From Bacteroidales bacterium (GTDB lineage: Bacteria; Bacteroidota; Bacteroidia; Bacteroidales; UBA4417), in NCBI GenBank assembly GCA_038249635.1, contig JBBSDG010000001.1:2037-66036 (forward strand): a stretch of 64,000 bases of DNA, read 5' to 3'. Positions within the stretch are counted from its first letter, which is position 1, and each line of letters begins with the position of its first letter. Shown here piece after piece: positions 57,266 to 64,000 of the stretch. Below the pieces are notes generated by a model. It was not told where the DNA came from, made no database searches, and was given only the letters and a program-made list of their open reading frames with translations. The position numbers and the translations under genes are program-made.

Positions 57266-60200
57266 TTAGAAAGTAATATTCAACCCGGCAATGTATGATT
57301 TTGGTATCGGGTAGTTTGCCAAATCGATTCCTGCGGCAAGTGATGTGTTTGAAGCATTACCAGGGGTATAATCACTAATTTCAGGATCGAATCCAGTATA
57401 TTTGGTAACAGTAAATAAGTTCTGTCCGGTTACATAAACCCTTAGATTGGTAAGTTTTAGTTTCGATATTAAACTTTTAGGAAGTGTATAACCCAATTGA
57501 ACCGTCTTAATTTTAAGAAAACTTCCATCTTCAATATTTTGATTGCTCATTTTGAACCAGTTTCTGTTCGGATTATTGATGGTCATTTTGGGCTCCGTTC
57601 CCGTTGGATTATTCTCAGCAGAATAACGATCAAGTCTCTTCACAGTAAGGTTGCTATAATTTTCACCTGTACTAATTCTTGGAGTTAGCATATTCGCGAT
57701 TTCATTTCCCTGGGTGCCAATTACATTAACAGACAGATCCCAGTTTCTATAGGATATATTGCCTGACATTCCATAGGTAAAATCAGGTATGGCACTTCCT
57801 AGATCCAAATAATCTTTTGAGTCAAGAACATGGTCTCCATTTTTATCGGCATATCGAGCATCGCCAATAGTTATTTTTGAAGCATTTGGAAATGCGTCCA
57901 AGTCAATTTCTGCCTGCGTTTGATAAATGCCCGTATAATCAAACCCAATAAAATGCGCTATTTCTTTGCCCACTTCTGTTCTGGTAATATACTGTGGGTC
58001 AACCTGATTATTGATAGCCCCACCCTGAATGTAGCCTTTTGAACCAAGGTCTGTGACTTTATTATTTATAAATGAGATATTTCCATTCAGGCTAAACGAA
58101 AGATCTCCGATCTGTTCTGAATAACTTGCCGATATCTCAAATCCGGTATTCTTCATCGCACCAACATTCACGAATGGTTCCGAGTTGCTCGTATAGCTTG
58201 GAACAGGGACTTGAACAATCATATCTTTCGTATTTTTGATGTAATAGTCAGCCGAAACAGTCAATTTATTTTTGAAAATTCCCAGATCGACACCTATGTT
58301 TGAACTTTCAACTGATTCCCATTTCAAATCAGGATTAACCGTGCTGGTTGGAATACCACCCTGATTAACAGCATTTCCATTGATAGAATAGTACATATTT
58401 GAAATATTCACAGTTGATAAATAGGAATAAGCATCAGCGCTCGATTCATTTCCAACCTTTCCCCAGTTTGCCCTAATTTTCAAAGAATTAATAAAGGGGA
58501 TATTCTTCATAAAGTTCTCCTCCGAAGTCCTCCAAGCCAAACCAATTGAGGGGAAAGTGCCCCATTTATTTTGATCTGAGAATTTATAAGACCCGTCACG
58601 GCGAACAATTGAATTCAGTATATACTTACTTTTGTAAGAATAGGATAGACGTCCAAAAACAGATTCCATGCCAGATTCCCCAACATTTACGGTAGGATTT
58701 CCCCAAGTACTTGCCCTATTGATGTAATGTAGGTTAGGATCTACTGAAACTCCACTCGTTGCAACAATATTGAATCCATCATTCTTTCGATAAGTCGCCT
58801 CATGCCCTATAGTAAACTTTACATCATGGTCAGAAGCAAATATTTTTTCATAAGTCAACAAATTATTCCAATACCAGCCTGAGGTTTCATACCTACCTTC
58901 AGATAACGAACTGGTTGAATTATTTTTTCTAGCATTGATGTAAAAGCTTGGCGAAAAATTTTTTGAATGACGGAATGAATTCGAGTAATTATAAATAGTT
59001 TTAAATGTCAAACCATCTATAATATCAACTTGAAGCCAACCTTTGGTTCCATACTCTAAATTTTTTGTTTTAAAATCCTGTGATCTGGTAATGGCCTGTG
59101 CGACATTATCTTGTCCGTCATTAAACCACATATTTCCCCAACTACCATCAGCGTTTTTTACCGGCATAAGTGGGATGGATTGTAGCGCATTACCAAGAGG
59201 ATCGTCGAATGCGTTGATGGCATCAGAGCCGATGCTGTTGATAGTATTAAATGTTATTTCTGCCCCCATTGCAACTTTCTTGCTAAGCTTGATTTCAAGC
59301 TTTGATAAAATATTATACCGATTGAAACCAGTAAATTTTAAGGTCCCTTTATTATCATTATATGATCCTGAAATATAATATTTCAACCCTTTTCCTGATT
59401 TTCCTTCCAGACCTCCGGTTGCTGAAATTTGATGATTTTGTGTCATACCCGTTTGGAAGACTTCATCCTGCCAATTGGTGCCAACGGTTTTGTTGGCAAT
59501 CGCATCATTGATCAACTTTAGTTTTTCTCCAATAAACGGAGTATTATCATTCGTTGCTGCTTCCTGATACATTTGAGCCCATTCATAACCGTTTAGAATA
59601 TCAAGTTGTTTGACATGATCGAAACTTAAATAGGAATTAACGGCAAACACAGTTTTGTCCTTCATTGTTCCTGTTTTAGTGGTCACCAATACAACACCAT
59701 TCGCACCGCGAGATCCATAGATTGCAGTTGAAGAAGCATCTTTTAATATTTCAAGACTTTGAACATCATTTTGGTCGATATTGTCCATATTTCCACTTGG
59801 CACGCCATCTATAACATACAAAGGGTCAGAGTTATTTATAGTCCCAACACCTCTGATACGTATTTTAACACCATCGCCTGGCCTTCCAGATCCTTTAACG
59901 ATTGAAACTCCAGCAACTTTTCCTTGTAAAGCTTCAACAACTCTTGAAGTAGCTACACCATTCAAGCTCGAACCTCTTACTGAACTTACAGCACCGGTAA
60001 GGTCACTTTTCTTTGAAGTACCATAACCAATTGCCACGACTTCTTCAAGACCTATTGATTCTTCAGCAAGTGTAATATTTAACGTTGTTTTTGATCCGAC
60101 GGCAGCTTCGAGTGTCTTCATACCTACAAATGAAAACTGCAATGTGGCATTATCTGGAATATTGGTAATTAAATAGCTTCCATTGTTATCTGTAATTACC

Positions 60201-60694
60201 CCTTTTGTAGATCCTTTTACAACAACAGAAACACCAGGGAGTGAACCACCAGTTGAGTCGGTGACTTTACCTGAGACTGATTTTTGTTGTTGAGTGCCGG
60301 AAGTTGTTCCTTCAGGCAAATTGGCTTCGGGTGTTGTAAGTACAATTTGCCTGTCTTTAACAGCGTATTGTACTGTGGTACCATAGAAAACCTTGTCCAA
60401 TATTTTATCAACAGTGCTTTGCTGCACGTCGATATCGACTTTTCTATTAACATCAATTAATTTTTCGGAATACAAAAAGAAAAATTCGCTCTGATTTTCA
60501 ATTGCGTCCAATGCATCTCTGACAGTTGTATTTTTCAAATCCAGAGATAGTTTGGTTTGTGCATAGGACTCAGAAGCAATAGCTCCAATAAAAGAAAGTA
60601 CTAATATAAATACTGTTAGTTTCATTTTTAATAAGATTTGTGCCGCACCCGGGAAATTAAACCCAAGTGCATGAACTAGTAATTTTTTTTTCAT
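57266..60694 (-). CDS. SusC-type TonB-dependent transducer with N-terminal STN signalling domain
   Basis: 1142 aa in the ORF track. A cleaner start is MKLTVFILVLSFIGAIASESYAQ at 60625. The STN-like segment is LSLDLKNTTVRDALDAIENQSEFFFLYSEKLIDVNRKVDIDVQQSTVDKILDKVFYGTTVQYAV. A carboxypeptidase-regulatory-like domain, a plug and a barrel ending ...GLNITF follow. Confidence 0.92.
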   Translation of the reverse strand: MKKKLLVHALGFNFPGAAQILLKMKLTVFILVLSFIGAIASESYAQTKLSLDLKNTTVRDALDAIENQSEFFFLYSEKLIDVNRKVDIDVQQSTVDKILDKVFYGTTVQYAVKDRQIVLTTPEANLPEGTTSGTQQQKSVSGKVTDSTGGSLPGVSVVVKGSTKGVITDNNGSYLITNIPDNATLQFSFVGMKTLEAAVGSKTTLNITLAEESIGLEEVVAIGYGTSKKSDLTGAVSSVRGSSLNGVATSRVVEALQGKVAGVSIVKGSGRPGDGVKIRIRGVGTINNSDPLYVIDGVPSGNMDNIDQNDVQSLEILKDASSTAIYGSRGANGVVLVTTKTGTMKDKTVFAVNSYLSFDHVKQLDILNGYEWAQMYQEAATNDNTPFIGEKLKLINDAIANKTVGTNWQDEVFQTGMTQNHQISATGGLEGKSGKGLKYYISGSYNDNKGTLKFTGFNRYNILSKLEIKLSKKVAMGAEITFNTINSIGSDAINAFDDPLGNALQSIPLMPVKNADGSWGNMWFNDGQDNVAQAITRSQDFKTKNLEYGTKGWLQVDIIDGLTFKTIYNYSNSFRHSKNFSPSFYINARKNNSTSSLSEGRYETSGWYWNNLLTYEKIFASDHDVKFTIGHEATYRKNDGFNIVATSGVSVDPNLHYINRASTWGNPTVNVGESGMESVFGRLSYSYKSKYILNSIVRRDGSYKFSDQNKWGTFPSIGLAWRTSEENFMKNIPFINSLKIRANWGKVGNESSADAYSYLSTVNISNMYYSINGNAVNQGGIPTSTVNPDLKWESVESSNIGVDLGIFKNKLTVSADYYIKNTKDMIVQVPVPSYTSNSEPFVNVGAMKNTGFEISASYSEQIGDLSFSLNGNISFINNKVTDLGSKGYIQGGAINNQVDPQYITRTEVGKEIAHFIGFDYTGIYQTQAEIDLDAFPNASKITIGDARYADKNGDHVLDSKDYLDLGSAIPDFTYGMSGNISYRNWDLSVNVIGTQGNEIANMLTPRISTGENYSNLTVKRLDRYSAENNPTGTEPKMTINNPNRNWFKMSNQNIEDGSFLKIKTVQLGYTLPKSLISKLKLTNLRVYVTGQNLFTVTKYTGFDPEISDYTPGNASNTSLAAGIDLANYPIPKSYIAGLNITF

Positions 60695-60756
60695 ACATTT
60701 GTTGTGAATATGGTTTTAAAATGGTCAAATTTCGATTTGACGTTTTTGAATCTCAG

Positions 60757-60795
60757 GCAGAAAAATGTGCAACCATTTTTCTGCTTTTTGCTTTT
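60757..60795 (+). terminator. Strong hairpin (GCAGAAAAATG-TGCAAC-CATTTTTCTGC) followed by TTTTTGCTTTT; terminator-like only in the plus orientation
   Basis: An 11-bp perfect stem is read directly at 60757..60784, followed by a T-run to 60795. It lies between the anti-sigma stop (60849) and the SusC start, both of which are minus-strand genes. Confidence 0.4.
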
Positions 60796-60848
60796 ATACA
60801 CATACTGTTTTATTACATAGGCATAATTTTTTTTGAATTAGTATTGGG

Positions 60849-61907
60849 TTAATTATTCTTTTTCATCCCGATTAATACTTTTTGTTTTGAAAAACTGCCA
60901 TCTGGTAATTTTACACGTAAAGTTAGTTGGTAGTTTACCGGCGTGGCTAAAGTCATTAAATCAAGCACCTGTGGTAATGTTTCGTCCATAAAAGTCGCTG
61001 TAAATGTAAACGCCTTAACTTTTTCATTGCTAATTTCAACTTCAACATTGTACCACCGGGCCAGTTTTTTGGCAATATCTTCAACCCTTTCGTTCTTAAA
61101 TACCAACAGACCATCTTTCCATGCTGTATTTTTTTCGGCATATTCTGATTCAAGGGTATAAACATTTTTTTGCGAATCAAACTTTAAACATTCGCCAGGC
61201 AATAATGCTTTTATTTCGTTTTTAGTTTCTCTTTCGTACAGGATAACCTTACCCTCAACAAGGGTTGTCGAAATATTATTATCACCCGGATAGGCACTGA
61301 CATTAAATGCGGTACCGGTTGCCTTCACATCTAAAAGGTTTGTTCCGACAATAAATGGCACCTTCTTATTGTGGGCCACCTCGAAATAAGCTTCGCCGGT
61401 TAAGAATACTTTGCGGTTTTCACCTTCAAACCGAAGGGGATATTTCAATTTACTGCCATGATTTAACCAAACCTTTGTTCCATCGCCCAATTCGATGTGC
61501 ATCCTGGAACCGGCTGGTGCTTCGACTTCCAAGTCATTTAGATTGACTGCATAACGATCTTTATTCGAAAGATTAGTGTAAAACAACAAGGATAAAACTG
61601 GTATTAAAAGGATAGCAGCAGCACGTGTTAATAATGACAATATCCTGTTTTTAATTGGTGCTTTTTGAATTACAAATTGTGTAGAATTCCGACTGATATT
61701 TATTTGATGATGAATTTTATCCAGTATACGGTTGTATTTAATTCTCTCTGCCGGTCCCGCTTCCGGTTCAAATTCATTCCATATCTCATTTACTATTCCT
61801 TGCTCGGAAGTTGATGTGGCTCCTTCTTTGATCCAAACAAGAATTTGTTCAAATTCTGATTCTGTACAATTCCCCTGTAAATATCTTATGAATAGTTCTT
61901 TTGTCAT
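60849..61907 (-). CDS. FecR family anti-sigma factor
   Basis: 352 aa. It has an N-terminal cytoplasmic anti-sigma segment, a TM (ILSLLTRAAAILLIPVLSLLFY), and a FecR domain (GEAYFEVAHNKKVPFIVGTNLLDVKATGTAFNVSAY). Confidence 0.9.
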   Translation of the reverse strand: MTKELFIRYLQGNCTESEFEQILVWIKEGATSTSEQGIVNEIWNEFEPEAGPAERIKYNRILDKIHHQINISRNSTQFVIQKAPIKNRILSLLTRAAAILLIPVLSLLFYTNLSNKDRYAVNLNDLEVEAPAGSRMHIELGDGTKVWLNHGSKLKYPLRFEGENRKVFLTGEAYFEVAHNKKVPFIVGTNLLDVKATGTAFNVSAYPGDNNISTTLVEGKVILYERETKNEIKALLPGECLKFDSQKNVYTLESEYAEKNTAWKDGLLVFKNERVEDIAKKLARWYNVEVEISNEKVKAFTFTATFMDETLPQVLDLMTLATPVNYQLTLRVKLPDGSFSKQKVLIGMKKNN

Positions 61908-61989
61908 TTTTATGGTTGTGTATTAGTGAAACGATTAACTGTACCAACACCACCATCTAAAATGTGAAAAAAAAATACTTTTTTTTGAA

Positions 61990-62580
61990 TCAAAGAAACA
62001 AACAGACAAACAACATATTTATTAACAATGAATTATCTAAATTTTGGTGCAAATATTTTAATGCTTTTCCCATGTGATTTTCAACCGTATTTTTAGATAT
62101 TCCCAATTTTTTCGCAATTTCAGGATAAGTTAACCCTTCCTCCCTATGCAGCAGGTAAACCTGTTTCTGCCTCTCCGGAAGATTCGATATAAGATTATTT
62201 ACCTGGTCGTTCAGTTCATTGAATTCAACATCACTAGTGGTGGTTGTGCTTATTTGAAAAATACTGGAATATTTCAGATGCTCTAGATATTTGCTGTTGT
62301 TTATCCTCTTACGGATAAGATCAATAGAATTATTGTAGGCAATTGTGAAAATATAAGAATTCAATAGTTTGTAGTCGACAAGTTTCTCTCTTGACTCCCA
62401 AATCTTAACAAAGACTTCCTGTACAATGTCCTCAGCTTCTGCCTCGTCCTTTAATATTCTAAAAATAAACGAGAACAACTTATGACTGTAATGATCGTAA
62501 ATCTGATCAAATGCCATCATGTCCCCATTTTTCAACTGGGTTAGTTGTTCTTCTGTGATATTGTTCCTATCGTTTTTCAA
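61990..62580 (-). CDS. ECF (sigma-70 family, group IV) RNA polymerase sigma factor
   Basis: 196 aa. Region 2 is EAEDIVQEVFVKIWESRE. Region 4 is LPERQKQVYLLHREEGLTYPEIAKKLGISKNTVENHMGKALKYL. Confidence 0.92.
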   Translation of the reverse strand: MKNDRNNITEEQLTQLKNGDMMAFDQIYDHYSHKLFSFIFRILKDEAEAEDIVQEVFVKIWESREKLVDYKLLNSYIFTIAYNNSIDLIRKRINNSKYLEHLKYSSIFQISTTTTSDVEFNELNDQVNNLISNLPERQKQVYLLHREEGLTYPEIAKKLGISKNTVENHMGKALKYLHQNLDNSLLINMLFVCLFL

Positions 62581-63131
62581 AATTCATTTGGCTTTCAGAA
62601 AGTTTGCGCTAAATTACTAAAATAATTTAATGTGATAAGTGATGGCAATAAAGACTATGTCTTCGAAAAGATAACGTTTGGTTCTCACAATGCGTAGATC
62701 TTTCATTTCTGAAAAAGATGATATAAAAATATATTCTCGAATTGTCAGTGTTAAACATTATATTACCAGATTAATATGCAATTCTCAAATAATAAAAACG
62801 AGCTTTACTGCCGATAATGAATAACCCCTCCGCAAGCGGACAAATTTTTTTTGTTTTTTTTAAAACTCTCTCTTGTAAATGATGATATTGTTGATTTTAA
62901 GCGTATAAGCAATAAATCCTACAGATTGTCCCTTTATCAGAATCGGATCAAGGCGGATCAGTCTGTATATGACAATTACTCCGGAGCCAAACAGACTGAT
63001 TACCCAAAAACCCAGTGGTAGCGAAGCTTCATTTCTTCTCCTATAATAGATCCATTGAAAGACAAACCGCAGGGTAAAGATGATTTTATGCCTGTTTCTA
63101 AAATCAAAATCTGAGTTGAATCTTTAGTTAA

Positions 63132-63721
63132 TTTTTCTTTCATCGCTGCGTATATATTCAGTTTGGGGAAGATTGTTTAGGCAACGATTTTTTTCAATCG
63201 CCTGAAATACAAAAAGTTCGGGAAATATTGAAATTATCTAACTTTGGAATTCACATTACAGGAAAATGTAAAGATTCGATTGTGAAATTGATGAAGGAAA
63301 TGGTAACCCAAAAAGGATTAAAGAAAATTATTACCTTTTTCCAAATTTTTGATGAACTTATTGAAAATAGGGAATATACTATTCTTTGTGAATCAGATTA
63401 TGTGCCCTCTACCTGTTGCAAAAAAGATCTAAAACTTCAGGCAATTTACCAATATTTATTTGAGAATTATTCTGAGGAAGTTAGTATCAACATTATAGCC
63501 CAAAAAATGGGAATGAGCGAATCCGCTTTCTGTCATTTTTTAAGAAAATACAACGACTGCAGTTTTTCCCAAAAACTGACTCAAATGCGTGTTAATCAAG
63601 CTTGCCATTACCTTTCAAATACTGAATTATCCATTACTCATATTTGTTATGAATGTGGTTTTAAAGCATTTCCTATTTTAACAAAACTTTTAAGCAAATG
63701 ACCATGCATAGTCCCTCGTAA
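63132..63721 (+). pseudogene. AraC/XylS family regulator remnant (N-terminal sensor domain missing, C-terminal frameshift and stop)
   Basis: The ORF track lists 63228..63701. The frame is open from 63132 (...CVYIQFGEDCLGNDFFQSPEIQKVREILKLSNFGIHITG), which is a typical AraC linker region, but no cupin part lies upstream. The HTH is present (ISINIIAQKMGMSESAFCHFLRK...ITHICYECGFK). After ECGFK the expected C-terminus continues only in another frame (SISYFNKTFKQMTMHSPS, then TAA at 63719). Confidence 0.6.
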
Positions 63722-64000
63722 TACAGGAATGAATTCAATAAAATGAGTTTCGGCAAAGAGCAATAAAGAAATCACTCTTCAAGAATGTGGACTTAAAAAG
63801 CACCTATAAAGGGCAAAAGTCCAGAATCTATTGCGTTTCAATGCGTTCTTATTTTTCCCAGTACTTGACATGCTTTTTGAATTTTTTCATAGACCCCTTG
63901 ACGAATCAAATGTCTGCAAGTCGAGTCCAATGTTTAACAAGAGCAGGTTCCAGCAATACCTTTTGCTCAACTATAATCTTGCGAGTGCAATACATTAATC

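Noticed and set aside
62826-62860. Small GC hairpin TCCGCAAGCGGA followed by TTTTTTTTGTTTTTTTT (plus-strand terminator-like)
   Set aside because: The stem is only 4-5 bp and there is no plus-strand gene upstream to terminate. It might serve the converging small minus-strand ORF region, but the evidence is too thin to annotate.
63906-64000. Possible 3' end of a minus-strand gene entering from the right edge (...RKIIVEQKVLLEPALVKHWTRLADI, then stop)
   Set aside because: Only about 31 codons are visible and no motif is present. I cannot distinguish it from a chance open frame.

Overview
This 64 kb window looks like a Bacteroidota glycan-utilisation supercluster. The taxon call rests on SusC/SusD pairs, a hybrid two-component system (HTCS), a T9SS C-terminal sorting domain and about 40% GC. 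A marine or sediment origin is only an inference from the four S1 sulfatase loci. Nearly every gene is on the minus strand.

There are three functional blocks:
- Block A (1..21968): a divergently transcribed HTCS regulator, then a xus-type xylan locus on the minus strand. Its order is SusC-SusD-SusC-SusD-lipoprotein-GH10-GH3, followed by a GH3 remnant and a decayed sulfatase.
- Block B (23659..45134): a tightly packed minus-strand array of about 21 kb. It holds two sulfatases, three GH43, a frameshifted GH39, a T9SS-secreted clan GH-A enzyme and a ThuA-like protein. It also holds a 765-aa unassigned hydrolase-like protein, a FucI-like isomerase / PfkB kinase / MFS sugar porter cassette, and two tandem RidA paralogs, one of which is exported.
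- Block C (45476..62580): an ECF-sigma / FecR anti-sigma / STN-SusC / SusD locus. Its cargo shows no recognisable GH or PL family. It encodes a sulfatase, two DUF1080 proteins, a Tat-exported Gfo/Idh/MocA oxidoreductase, a Tat-exported xylose-isomerase-like TIM barrel, a split DUF362 and an 879-aa unassigned protein.

Block C is my best candidate for an undescribed system: an oxidation-elimination glycoside-cleavage locus for a sulfated glycan.

Other notable items:
- A 5'-truncated, decayed group II intron lies between blocks A and B.
- A conserved 34-nt motif sits upstream of three minus-strand transcription units.
- Six decayed genes or gene remnants are present.
- Three highly similar sulfatase paralogs are dispersed over 50 kb.

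I found no rRNA, tRNA or CRISPR array. All family calls come from motifs read by eye in the supplied translations; no database search was possible.
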